A stretch of DNA of 64,000 bases, from the NCBI GenBank assembly GCA_963657075.1, contig CAVKLF010000001.1, positions 40,749 to 104,748 on the forward strand, written 5' to 3'. Shown in pieces: positions 37,997 through 47,383 of this stretch. A model generated the notes under the pieces. The model ran no database searches. It saw only the letters and a program-made list of their open reading frames with translations, and was not told where the DNA came from. This DNA comes from a bacterium. GTDB lineage: Bacteria > Bacteroidota > Bacteroidia > Bacteroidales > Bacteroidaceae. Position 1 is the stretch's first letter, and each line of letters begins with the position of its first letter. The translations under genes were made by a program, and so were the position numbers.

Positions 37997-40156
37997 TTAT
38001 ATCATGCCAGCCAACTCAGGAGCCACAGGCTTACGGTTGCGTAGTCGTTCACGTTCGATGTCCTGCTTAGACTTGAACGGCACGATTTCTGGAGAAGGCA
38101 TATCCTTCTCTACGTAGAGAGCAATGGCACGAGCCATGACACGGTCATCATGCTTGCCAGCAACAGCACCGTAGCAGTCGTTTTGCTGGTAATAGAGATA
38201 GTAGGTGCATTCATCGATGGCAGCAAGTTCACGCTCCATATAGCCACCATCCCGGATGATGCGAGCCATCGTCTTAACCACAGCCACCTTAGTAGCCCTA
38301 TTCGTATTGAATCCCCATTTCATCTCGATGTTCTTCACCTTCTTCAACTTGGACTGAGACGCACTGTACAGGTTGTCGTACAGAGGAAGGAGGATAGGGA
38401 AGAACAACTCAGACTGATTGCCCTCAGTATTGTTCATACGAGAGTAAGCCGTATTGTTCTCGACAACCAGGAACGCATCATTATAGAAGTGAGCTATCTG
38501 TGCGCAGCGCATCGCCAGTTGGTCAGCATCGCAGTGACCATGCCACTCAGCCACTATCTCAGGAACGCCACCATACAATTCATCATAGCGATCGAGCACC
38601 ACAATATCGGAGAAGTCGGATGTCTTGTGAGAGCCACCAATATCGCACGCCACGATGTACCGATGGCGCACGATTTCCGAGTTGTCGGGGCCAGCCCAAA
38701 CTTTGAGTGGCCCACCAGCACGTTCGACAAAGCGGATATTGTCCATGCAAGCCTTATCAGCAGCATCGTAGGAATCACCCTCGATGTCGCCCACCATGAT
38801 AGGTTCGATGCCCTTGCAATCGTTCTCCATCTCCTTCAGCTTATATGGGTCGAATACCGTAGTACCAGAGAAGAGGAAGGCTTCCACGTCATCGGACGGG
38901 TACTCTTGACGCATATCATCCAGTTCATTGTACTTCTTGCACTCAGTAACATACCAATGGATGCCTTCCAGTGTAGCATGCTTGATTTCCCAAAGCCACC
39001 AGAAGTAGCTGCCATGATATTGTTCATCCTTGCGGTTTTTCCAAAGCCAGATGGCAAATTCCTCTTTTTCTTCCTTCGTCTTGAAAGGAAGGGTGTACTT
39101 CTCAATATCAAACCATGGTACGAAGTAAGGAGTGTAGATAGACAGGCGGTTGCCATCCTTGTCGAAGGAGTTGGCACGCACCCATTCATCATGGAACTCA
39201 TTCTCACGTCCATTAGGCGTAGACTCACGCACGATGAAGGTATAAGGCACAGTAACACGGATAGACGATACCGCAGCCTTGATCACCTTGGCAGGAGTCC
39301 ACTCTGTAGTATTCGGGAAGAAGGCTTCCTCAGTGATATGCGCCATAGCGGCATCACCCGAACGGCAGGACTCAGGGTTGCGAGCCGAACCAGTCTGAAT
39401 CTTACAGTTGCGAGGAATGAGGTACTTAATATTATTTTGAGTACTTGAAGTCCTGAGTTTGCGAGTATCTTCCTTGAAAGACTCTCCAATCTCATAGAAC
39501 AGCCATGTAGGGATAGCATTCATCAGTTTCTCATACATATCGAACACCTGTGTGGCAGATGAAGACTGGTGACCGATGATGTTACTGTTCCAGTTGGTCA
39601 TCCAGAATATCTGAATCCACGCCATATAAATCTCTGTGGCAGTAGAACCACCCCACTGGCGGCATTTAAGCAGTATGACCAAGATGCTGTGCAGCTCCCC
39701 ATGAAGGCGCATCTGTTCGAAGGTCTTGATAAGGCCCACCTGTGCATGGTTGAGTAGGAAAGGAATGTCATCGCCACCATCCTTATTCTTGATACGAGCA
39801 TAGGCATAGGCAAAGAAATAGAAGTCGTGCTTGCAGCGCAGACGGATAAGATAGCGGAAGACGGCATCACGAGCCTTCTCCCGGTCAGAGTCTGCCATAT
39901 ATTTTTCGCAGAATGCCTCGATAGAACCGCACTTGATGATGGCACAGAACTTCTTTTCCTTCAACATCTCAACAGGTAGCCAGAGAAGCTTGCCATTGAG
40001 GAAGTCGGAAAGTTGGCACTCAAAGCGAAGACCGGGCGCATTCTCTCCAGTAATGGGACGATAAGTAGCGAGAAGAATTTTCAATCTCCTCTTATTTTCC
40101 GAAAGAACCTCTTTGAGTTCCTTTTCGGGAAGTTGCTTCTCAGAACGAATCTCCAT
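37997..40156 (-). CDS. terL: Terminase large subunit
   Basis: LKCRQWGGST Walker A, HITEEAF Walker B, ESTPNG motif, CDIGG and HDDRVMA nuclease residues. Confidence 0.92.
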   Translation of the reverse strand: MEIRSEKQLPEKELKEVLSENKRRLKILLATYRPITGENAPGLRFECQLSDFLNGKLLWLPVEMLKEKKFCAIIKCGSIEAFCEKYMADSDREKARDAVFRYLIRLRCKHDFYFFAYAYARIKNKDGGDDIPFLLNHAQVGLIKTFEQMRLHGELHSILVILLKCRQWGGSTATEIYMAWIQIFWMTNWNSNIIGHQSSSATQVFDMYEKLMNAIPTWLFYEIGESFKEDTRKLRTSSTQNNIKYLIPRNCKIQTGSARNPESCRSGDAAMAHITEEAFFPNTTEWTPAKVIKAAVSSIRVTVPYTFIVRESTPNGRENEFHDEWVRANSFDKDGNRLSIYTPYFVPWFDIEKYTLPFKTKEEKEEFAIWLWKNRKDEQYHGSYFWWLWEIKHATLEGIHWYVTECKKYNELDDMRQEYPSDDVEAFLFSGTTVFDPYKLKEMENDCKGIEPIMVGDIEGDSYDAADKACMDNIRFVERAGGPLKVWAGPDNSEIVRHRYIVACDIGGSHKTSDFSDIVVLDRYDELYGGVPEIVAEWHGHCDADQLAMRCAQIAHFYNDAFLVVENNTAYSRMNNTEGNQSELFFPILLPLYDNLYSASQSKLKKVKNIEMKWGFNTNRATKVAVVKTMARIIRDGGYMERELAAIDECTYYLYYQQNDCYGAVAGKHDDRVMARAIALYVEKDMPSPEIVPFKSKQDIERERLRNRKPVAPELAGMI

Positions 40157-40184
40157 TACTTTTTGGATATTGAGTGTATGACTA

Positions 40185-40664
40185 TTAAATGTTGAGTTTT
40201 TGTGCTCTACTGATTAATCCTTCTGCCTTGGCATAGATGAAGCCAATGGCAAAGAGAATGAGATGATAGGCTCCAGCTATGTGCGGAATGAGACACCCCA
40301 CGCAAAGGAGGACCAGCATCTGCCAAAAGGCGAGACGCTTGTACCGATAGAGCCACGGAGCATTAAAGCCCATGAAGAAAGATATGATGACCGACGCACC
40401 CAGAACAGGCAAAGACGGATAGTAGACGAAAGACAGCGCAGCCGAGCCTAGCCATGAAGCCAGCAGCCGATGAGCACGAAACTGATGGTGCACCATGAGC
40501 AAGCACCAAGCATTTACAGCCCAATGGACAAAGTTGGCATGTCCGAACATATAGACGAAATGCACATATAGAGGCGAGGAAGGCGACACTGCAAGGTATG
40601 GATGCAGCGGAATGATGAAAGCCATCAAGATGCAGACCGTGAAAGTAATATATAATGTACGCAT
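40185..40664 (-). CDS. Rhomboid-family intramembrane serine protease
   Basis: YMFGHANFVHWAVN, LGAS (catalytic Ser), AYHL (catalytic His); multiple TM helices. Confidence 0.8.
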   Translation of the reverse strand: MRTLYITFTVCILMAFIIPLHPYLAVSPSSPLYVHFVYMFGHANFVHWAVNAWCLLMVHHQFRAHRLLASWLGSAALSFVYYPSLPVLGASVIISFFMGFNAPWLYRYKRLAFWQMLVLLCVGCLIPHIAGAYHLILFAIGFIYAKAEGLISRAQKLNI

Positions 40665-40679
40665 GGACGGAATAGAGAT

Positions 40680-41117
40680 TTAATGTTTGGTGATGATAGG
40701 TGATTTCATTTTTTTGAAGTGGGCAGACACCAGTTTCTGGATATACCTAGGTGCAATGCCCAGATGAGGCGCAGGTTGCTCCAAAGTGATTTCCACGAGC
40801 CGATAAGTGGAAAGCTCCGCTCCCTGTCTCTGTAGCCGGACGTTTTGAAACTCACAAAAGAAAGCTTCGCACAAGGATTGTTTCTTTTGCTGGAACTTGC
40901 CGAACTTGGGGATTTCCCCTTTGAGCCTTCGGCAAACATATCTATAAGCCGTGTCGAAGGAGAGATAATAACAAGGAGCAGGCATCTGTGAAACATAATC
41001 GCATATCTTAGCCGTAGTGGTAGGCCACTCGACCAACCGCTTCGCCTTTTGATAGAGATAGATGACCTCTCTGTCTCTATCAATGTTTATTTGGGATATA
41101 GAATTTTTGTGTTTCAT
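40680..41117 (-). CDS. Hypothetical protein, possible DNA-binding regulator
   Basis: Basic ~145 aa with two PAP-x-phi motifs (MPAPCYYLS, QPAPHLGIA); first gene of the terminase operon. Confidence 0.55.
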   Translation of the reverse strand: MKHKNSISQINIDRDREVIYLYQKAKRLVEWPTTTAKICDYVSQMPAPCYYLSFDTAYRYVCRRLKGEIPKFGKFQQKKQSLCEAFFCEFQNVRLQRQGAELSTYRLVEITLEQPAPHLGIAPRYIQKLVSAHFKKMKSPIITKH

Positions 41118-41147
41118 CGCAAACAAAATTAATGCAGCGGAATGGAG

Positions 41148-41186
41148 AACTTATCAAAAAGTAATGCGAAATTTTCGTTAATTTTG
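41148..41186 (+). promoter_or_regulatory. Capsid operon promoter: half-site AACTTATCA + 22 nt + TAATTTTG
   Basis: Same spacing as the other motif-linked promoters; a divergent TAATTTTG lies on the - strand at 41124-41131. Confidence 0.6.
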
Positions 41187-41212
41187 AGCGCAAATAATTA
41201 AAATGTTATACT

Positions 41213-42025
41213 ATGGCAGATAAAAAGACTGACAATCAGAATGTTAAATCGAAGAGAGATACTTTTCGAGAGCGTTTTTCAAGTCGTTATCCAGAGATGA
41301 ACATGGACGATGAGGATGCAGTATATGGTCAATTATCGACCGATTACGACCACTTCGACCAGAATAACCAAAGGATGGACGAGTTCAACAATATGTTGCA
41401 AGAATATCCTCAGGCACCAGGGCTGGTAACAGGCATGATGACCAAGAAGAATGAGGATGGAAGCGACTTTAGTTTTGTGGGCTACTTGATAGACACACTA
41501 GGGCAAGACTTCGTAGATGCCATTGAGGGTGACGCTGAGGCTCGCAAACGTCTAGAGAAGAGCGAGAGGGACAAGCTAGAGGCAAGCAAGAAGCTAGCCG
41601 AAGGCAAGGAAACCTTGGCTAAGTCGATGGAAGAGGAAGACGCAGAACTGGATGAAGCCATCAAGGAAGCGAAGATGAAACCAGAGGCTATCAAGGACAT
41701 GATAGACTGGCTCTATAAGCGCAGTGACGATGGCGAAGACCATGATGACGATGGTTTTGTATGGCGTGCAGCCCGGTATGGATTAAAGAAAGCCGACTTC
41801 TTGCGCCTCTTTCAAATCAAAGACTTCGACAAGGCAGTGGCAGATGCCGAGGAAAGAGGCTACAAGCGTGGCAAGAACGAGAAAATCGACAACCAGAAGC
41901 AACTGCACGAGGGCAAACAGGGCGGCAAGAAGAACATCAACATCAGCGGTGGTGGCGGTGCTCCTTCGATACCCCATCAGAACAATCGCACGGAAGACGT
42001 ATACCGTGGCATGGTAGGTATGTAA
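41213..42025 (+). CDS. Putative capsid scaffolding protein
   Basis: Acidic coiled-coil protein directly upstream of the major capsid gene. Confidence 0.55.
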   Translation: MADKKTDNQNVKSKRDTFRERFSSRYPEMNMDDEDAVYGQLSTDYDHFDQNNQRMDEFNNMLQEYPQAPGLVTGMMTKKNEDGSDFSFVGYLIDTLGQDFVDAIEGDAEARKRLEKSERDKLEASKKLAEGKETLAKSMEEEDAELDEAIKEAKMKPEAIKDMIDWLYKRSDDGEDHDDDGFVWRAARYGLKKADFLRLFQIKDFDKAVADAEERGYKRGKNEKIDNQKQLHEGKQGGKKNINISGGGGAPSIPHQNNRTEDVYRGMVGM

Positions 42026-42064
42026 GATTTCAATCAATAATTATCAATTAATATTTAACAGATT

Positions 42065-43639
42065 ATGAGACAGTTTAAAAAATGGTTTGGATTTATGATG
42101 GCGATTGCCGTCATGATCCTCAGTGGTGGCACATCGTATGCTATGGCAGAGACCCCTCCATCAATTCCGACAGGAGAAGGTGGCGGTGGTGCTACGGGTC
42201 CTTTGGATGGCCCGGGTGTAGCTGGCAAGGGCCCTCAGTGGCAGGGTGGCGCACAAGAGCAGCAGGAGAGCATGGGCAACTGGGACTACTACATAAGCTA
42301 CGTAAACCCTACCGTAGTGGAGATGAAGTTGGAGAGTTGTCCTATTGACCAGATACTTCGTGCAGCCAAGAAGATGACACCAGTAAACTCAGTGAAAGTA
42401 GAGTTTTACAGTATCGGTCAGCGACCCATCATCTCGAAGCTTACAGAAAAGGTAAGTGCCACTACCAACGGTAGCACCGTAACATTGAAGGTAGAGAATA
42501 CCACCGCATTCGACAACGGCGACGTTATCATGGTAGATGGTATCTATGGCTACGACGAGGACGGTATCAACCGCAGCACCTTGAAGCCATTGCAGTTTAG
42601 AGTTGTCGACAGCGACAACGATGACAACCCAATCTGCTATGCCCTGAACGGCAAGAAGAACACCACCAAGAACCTGAACCGTGACATTCCAGAGGACATA
42701 CCTGTAGGCACCACCTTGCTCAGACTTGGTAGAGCAGCAGGTGAGAAGGAGGTGGAGACAGGCAGTTACTACGCTATGCCAGACAAGAGCTTCCAGTATT
42801 GCCAGCGTTTTATCATGCAGGTAGAGGAGTCTCTTATCGACCGTATGAGTCAGAAACAAGTGAAGTGGGACTTCACCCGACAGGAGAAGATGGCTATGGA
42901 CGATATGCGTTACGGTCAGGAACGCAGCGGTCTCTTCGGAGTACGCTCTATGTCTAACGGTGGCAAGGATGTAGGTCTCACCTATACCATGGGTGGTATT
43001 TTCTGGGAGGCAGGAAAGGAACTTACCATCGGACACTGGGAGAGAAAGATGACCGTAGACGGCAATGGCAACAAGGTAGCCGTGACCGCCAAGGTAGACA
43101 CCTCAGAAGCCCAAGACGGTTCATCCATCAAGGAGATGCCAGTATACGAATACGTAATCGGTGAGAAAGACCTGACCCGATTCATCGCAGCTATCTTGAA
43201 GGGTGCAGGTAACTCCAGCCGTACCAAGCTCCTCTTCGTAGACAACTTGATTTATCAGGCATTTGCCAACCTACGTTCCAACAAGCGCATCATCACCCAG
43301 ACCGAAAAGGACTACCAAGGATGGAAACTCGACTTCGAGACCTTCGAGAGTATGGGTACCAAGATTTTGATTTATCGTCATGATGCCTTCAACTCTTGGG
43401 GCATGGATGGTAGAGCCTTCTGCCTCGATGCAAGATACCTCGACAAGTATGTGTTCGGTGTATGGAGCAGACACGAGTTTAATGCCAAGGATCTCTTGAT
43501 TCGCAACACCGCAGGTGTAGTGATGGAAGAGTATAGCTGCTGGGTACTTACCTTCCCTGATGCCCATGCACGTGTGCAGCGCCCCGTATTCGACGTACAG
43601 GATGCAGTGACCGATGAGCAAATCTACGAGGCAGCGTAA
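42065..43639 (+). CDS. Major capsid protein with N-terminal signal/TM segment
   Basis: Position after scaffold; YCQRFIMQVEES...QEKMAMDDMRYGQERSGLFG...MGGI resembles N4/SU10-type MCP backbone; followed by a hairpin. Confidence 0.7.
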   Translation: MRQFKKWFGFMMAIAVMILSGGTSYAMAETPPSIPTGEGGGGATGPLDGPGVAGKGPQWQGGAQEQQESMGNWDYYISYVNPTVVEMKLESCPIDQILRAAKKMTPVNSVKVEFYSIGQRPIISKLTEKVSATTNGSTVTLKVENTTAFDNGDVIMVDGIYGYDEDGINRSTLKPLQFRVVDSDNDDNPICYALNGKKNTTKNLNRDIPEDIPVGTTLLRLGRAAGEKEVETGSYYAMPDKSFQYCQRFIMQVEESLIDRMSQKQVKWDFTRQEKMAMDDMRYGQERSGLFGVRSMSNGGKDVGLTYTMGGIFWEAGKELTIGHWERKMTVDGNGNKVAVTAKVDTSEAQDGSSIKEMPVYEYVIGEKDLTRFIAAILKGAGNSSRTKLLFVDNLIYQAFANLRSNKRIITQTEKDYQGWKLDFETFESMGTKILIYRHDAFNSWGMDGRAFCLDARYLDKYVFGVWSRHEFNAKDLLIRNTAGVVMEEYSCWVLTFPDAHARVQRPVFDVQDAVTDEQIYEAA

Positions 43640-43703
43640 ATTAATTTATAATTTATAATTTACAATTATTGGGGCTGATAGTTTACGACATATATCAAAC
43701 CTT

Positions 43704-43758
43704 GGGATAGTGGAGTGCTAGAAAGGAAGAAAAGCCTCGGGCTAGCCTTCACTATCCC
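43704..43758 (+). other. Stem-loop after the capsid gene
   Basis: GGGATAGTG...CACTATCCC, no clear U tract. Confidence 0.55.
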
Positions 43759-43782
43759 TACAACCATAAACACAGAAGAAAA

Positions 43783-44160
43783 ATGTATAGATTCATAGCA
43801 AATAATATGCTCATTTTCGTGGTGACACTACCCAGTGGGCTGATAAGGAACATTGAGTTTGAAGCTTGCGGAAGGGGCATATATTCTTATATGACCGACA
43901 ACAAGGCTGAGGCTGATGCCATCCGTCGGCACCCACTGCTAAAAGCAGGACGCATTATCGACGAGAGCGAGCCGGAGTCTGTGCAGCAAGCCAAAGTAGA
44001 GAAGGAGAAGGTAGAGGAAGACAATGCCCTACACTTCGAGAACATCACCAAGGCAAAGAACTATCTCAAAAAGACCTACCAGATAGACGTGAGAAAACTG
44101 AAAACGCCTAGCAGTGTGAAGGAGAAAGCGAAGGAGCTAGGGGTGAGGGTAGAGTTTTAG
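43783..44160 (+). CDS. Hypothetical phage structural-region protein
   Basis: 125-aa ORF in the capsid operon. Confidence 0.6.
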   Translation: MYRFIANNMLIFVVTLPSGLIRNIEFEACGRGIYSYMTDNKAEADAIRRHPLLKAGRIIDESEPESVQQAKVEKEKVEEDNALHFENITKAKNYLKKTYQIDVRKLKTPSSVKEKAKELGVRVEF

Positions 44161-44194
44161 ATATTGAAATATTGAAATATTTAAATATGGAAAT

Positions 44195-44902
44195 ATGGAA
44201 GCATTGATGAGCGACCTTGTGAAGGAAATGCGTCTGGCGATGGATGAGGTGATCCATGACACGCAGAACGACATCTTTGAGGACGATTCGGACGATGAGA
44301 TGAAACAAGCCATAGAGACGGCAGCTCAGCAGATATTGCTGCAAGCACCACCACAGATGCTACAGCCCAAGAGAGTGATGGTCTCACTCAACGAAGGTAA
44401 GCAGGACTATGATGCCATTCAGACGCAATACACTGATGGGCATGGTAGCCTTGTGATACCCGATGACTGGCTGAGGCTAGTGGAGTTGAGGCTGGTAAGT
44501 TGGCAGTCTTCTCTGACTTCGCTGATGGATCCAGACAGCAAAGAGGCTCAGATGCAAGCTTCCAGATGGACTAGGGGTACACCTCAGAAGCCGAAAGGCA
44601 TGATTACCACTTCTCCTGTAACAGGCAAAAGAGTGCTGATGTATTGGACAGCCGGGCGATATGATGCCAATCATGCTCCAGTGGAGCGAGTATACGATCA
44701 CGAGGTAGAGCTATTCACATATATTCCATACCAAAAGATACAAGAAATAAAGAACAATAATGCTCCCACGGACTGGAAAATCACTTTGGGATTAACCGAT
44801 GAGTGCAGGAAATACATTATCTACCGTGCCATTTCTGTATTTCTCGTAAGTAAAAAAGAAAGTGAGTTAGCCGAAAAGTACAACCAATTATCTCAAATAT
44901 AA
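44195..44902 (+). CDS. Putative head-tail adaptor protein
   Basis: 235 aa, helical ends around a beta-rich core (IPDDWLRLV); position after capsid. Confidence 0.5.
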   Translation: MEALMSDLVKEMRLAMDEVIHDTQNDIFEDDSDDEMKQAIETAAQQILLQAPPQMLQPKRVMVSLNEGKQDYDAIQTQYTDGHGSLVIPDDWLRLVELRLVSWQSSLTSLMDPDSKEAQMQASRWTRGTPQKPKGMITTSPVTGKRVLMYWTAGRYDANHAPVERVYDHEVELFTYIPYQKIQEIKNNNAPTDWKITLGLTDECRKYIIYRAISVFLVSKKESELAEKYNQLSQI

Positions 44903-44905
44903 AAT

Positions 44906-45661
44906 ATGGCAAAAGATATAGACACAACTTCGCCGCACTATAGGGGCAAATTCACCGACATCTATGCCGTAGAACGAAAATATCCTCATGGCGGTGTAGA
45001 TGGGGACTTCGTAGATATACAGGGATGGGCGCACTACTGGAATGCGGATCGTGCCACTTGGTGTGTAAACGAATTACGTGATGCCTATTGGGACGAGCTT
45101 CTTACTAGCATTTCCAGTAACGGAGGAAATGGTGGTTCTGACGGTAGCGATTGTGACGGCGGCGATGGAGGCAACTGCAACTGTTCAGACAAGCTCGACA
45201 AGAGCAGCGTAGTCCAAACCACAGGCTCCGCCGCCGACAAGGTGATGTCCCAGAAAGCCGTCACTGACCAGATTTCTCAAATCATAAGTCTTGTCAAGGC
45301 ACAGGAGTTTACGCTCAACATGTATTCCTCTAAGGGGTGGTATTTTTCGCACTCTATGGTTACCAAGACCGACTCCAGCGGCAACTTCTCTCCATTCACT
45401 ACGCTCAGCGTGAAAGGTTTCTTTTTTGGCACAGAAGTAACCGATAGCATGTACAAGGTAAAGTGGACTCGTGAGACCAGTTACACGGCTGATGATGAAG
45501 TCTGGAATCTTAAACACGAGAGTTCCGTGAACGACATCCCGATCACTTACGAAGACCTAGGAGGAGACAACTACGAGATTGGTGATGTAGTATTCAAGTG
45601 CGAGGCTCAGTTCACTATCAGCGATACGGTATACAAGTCCTCGAATCTCATTAACTTATAA
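44906..45661 (+). CDS. Putative tail fibre-associated protein
   Basis: VVQTTGSAADKVMSQKAVT motif common in phage fibre proteins; Ig-like C-terminus. Confidence 0.5.
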   Translation: MAKDIDTTSPHYRGKFTDIYAVERKYPHGGVDGDFVDIQGWAHYWNADRATWCVNELRDAYWDELLTSISSNGGNGGSDGSDCDGGDGGNCNCSDKLDKSSVVQTTGSAADKVMSQKAVTDQISQIISLVKAQEFTLNMYSSKGWYFSHSMVTKTDSSGNFSPFTTLSVKGFFFGTEVTDSMYKVKWTRETSYTADDEVWNLKHESSVNDIPITYEDLGGDNYEIGDVVFKCEAQFTISDTVYKSSNLINL

Positions 45662-45672
45662 AATAAAGAAAT

Positions 45673-46902
45673 ATGTCATTAGCGAAAAGTCAAGCGAAAA
45701 AGATATTCGTGCAGCCGATAAGCTACTGCCAGGCGTGCTCGCTAGAGGTGCGCTCGGTAGGAGTCACTACAAGGCAGAGCTACGACACCATCAACAAGGA
45801 GTTCGTACCCGACTATAGTGACGCAGCGTCCATGCTTCAGATTCTACCCAAGTGTACATTGGTAGACCCCGACTCGCCAGTGGCTTCGAATATCGTTAAT
45901 TCAAGCCTGAAAGATATTACTTGGTGGGAAGTGAAGCCTAGCGGTGCAACCAAGATTTATCCTGTCACAGGAACAACCACAGGCGCAGCCGATGGTTACG
46001 AAGTAGTGAAGAGCGGCAATAGCAAGGGCGAGATATACGTGAAGTGCAACGGCTCAGTGGGCGTGCAGCGTTCTCTGAGATTCAAGGCATCATGGTACGA
46101 CACCCAGAGCGGCTATTGCTACGTGTTCCAAGGCGAGATAGGGCTAACTATCGAGAATGCCTCCGAACCATTACCCGAACTGGCAGTCGATGTGCCCAAA
46201 ACACTAAAATGGAATCCATTCCGAAACCAGAACACCTACGAGGCTGCCGCCCACGTATATGTCGGCAAGACCGATATGGTGAACGATGCTCGCTGTAAAC
46301 TATTCTGGTATCATATCAACAATGATGGCACACTAAAGTTTATCTCGTCAGAAACGGACGTAGCAAGTCTAGAAGTTAAGTCGATTACCAAGAATAGCAA
46401 CGGACAGATTACTGCCCTCCAGTTCGACCTAGAGCAGATAGAAGACTCCAGCTACGAGGTGCGTGCTGTATTCCGCTCCGACAAGAACTTCCCATCTGCT
46501 CCCGAAACGAGCGATCCGAAGTATCAGTTTAGCATCTCCCGAACTTTCCCGTCCATTACGGCAGAGTTTCAAGGCAAGACCATATCCGTACATGAGTCGG
46601 TAGAAACCGTCCTGCTGCAAGCCATCATCAAGGACAATATGGATGTTATCCCCGATTGGAATAAGTGTGCTTGCGCATATTGGTACAGCATCAAATCGTG
46701 GGTAGACCAGAACAACACTACTCAGAGTACAGAAACATTACTCGGAACAGGCGAGAGCATCGAAGTATCTACTTCGCTTACCAACTTCATCCAGTTGTCG
46801 CTCGAAGACAGAGGTTACAGTAAGGCGATACTTGATAGTAGCGGTAACTATCTCCAATCAGACAATGGTGAGTATATTGTAAGCAACGATATTAGTGTAT
46901 AA
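45673..46902 (+). CDS. Putative tail/fibre protein (beta-rich)
   Basis: 409-aa beta-rich ORF in the structural operon. Confidence 0.5.
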   Translation: MSLAKSQAKKIFVQPISYCQACSLEVRSVGVTTRQSYDTINKEFVPDYSDAASMLQILPKCTLVDPDSPVASNIVNSSLKDITWWEVKPSGATKIYPVTGTTTGAADGYEVVKSGNSKGEIYVKCNGSVGVQRSLRFKASWYDTQSGYCYVFQGEIGLTIENASEPLPELAVDVPKTLKWNPFRNQNTYEAAAHVYVGKTDMVNDARCKLFWYHINNDGTLKFISSETDVASLEVKSITKNSNGQITALQFDLEQIEDSSYEVRAVFRSDKNFPSAPETSDPKYQFSISRTFPSITAEFQGKTISVHESVETVLLQAIIKDNMDVIPDWNKCACAYWYSIKSWVDQNNTTQSTETLLGTGESIEVSTSLTNFIQLSLEDRGYSKAILDSSGNYLQSDNGEYIVSNDISV

Positions 46903-46921
46903 TTTAAATTAGAAAAGAAAC

Positions 46922-47383
46922 ATGCCATACTATGTAAAAGTGACCCCAACGGCCAAGGAACAGATTCTTCCCGACTATGTCGTGAAGCCAAAGGCGAAGG
47001 ATGGCAACTATCTGCTATTCCAGACAGACCTTATCGGTATAGAGGGCGCCACCCTCTCGGACAGAGTAGCTAATGTAGGAGGCGCATTGCTCACTCCTGC
47101 TGAGTGCAAGGCGGAGCGGCTCGGTACAGTCAGTACGCCAGCCGAATGCTATACTCCTGTAGCATTCGGAGGAAAGGGAAAGGTTACTTCTTCCGAGAGC
47201 GTCAGCACGGCTAGCGAAGGTGGTTCTACAGGAAGTACTACGGAAGTAGAGCCAGCAGAGGTGGTTATCCCTTCCGTAATCAACGAGAGCCAGTCCACCG
47301 AAACCTCAGGGGATTCAGAGGAAGAGGATTCTACAAGCGACTCCAGTACTAACGAAAAAGAAAGCGAGGTAGAAAATGGCTAA
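46922..47383 (+). CDS. Hypothetical protein with acidic S/E/T tail
   Basis: 153-aa ORF overlapping the next start. Confidence 0.55.
   Translation: MPYYVKVTPTAKEQILPDYVVKPKAKDGNYLLFQTDLIGIEGATLSDRVANVGGALLTPAECKAERLGTVSTPAECYTPVAFGGKGKVTSSESVSTASEGGSTGSTTEVEPAEVVIPSVINESQSTETSGDSEEEDSTSDSSTNEKESEVENG

Noticed and set aside
38150..39448. 432-aa + strand ORF opposite terL
   Set aside because: Shadow ORF of the terminase with no recognisable motifs; the same applies to the many antisense ORFs in the giant gene
44161..44200. ATATTGAA/ATATGGAA 8-mer tandem x5
   Set aside because: Short AT-rich intergenic repeat overlapping a start codon; no spacers and no evidence of function
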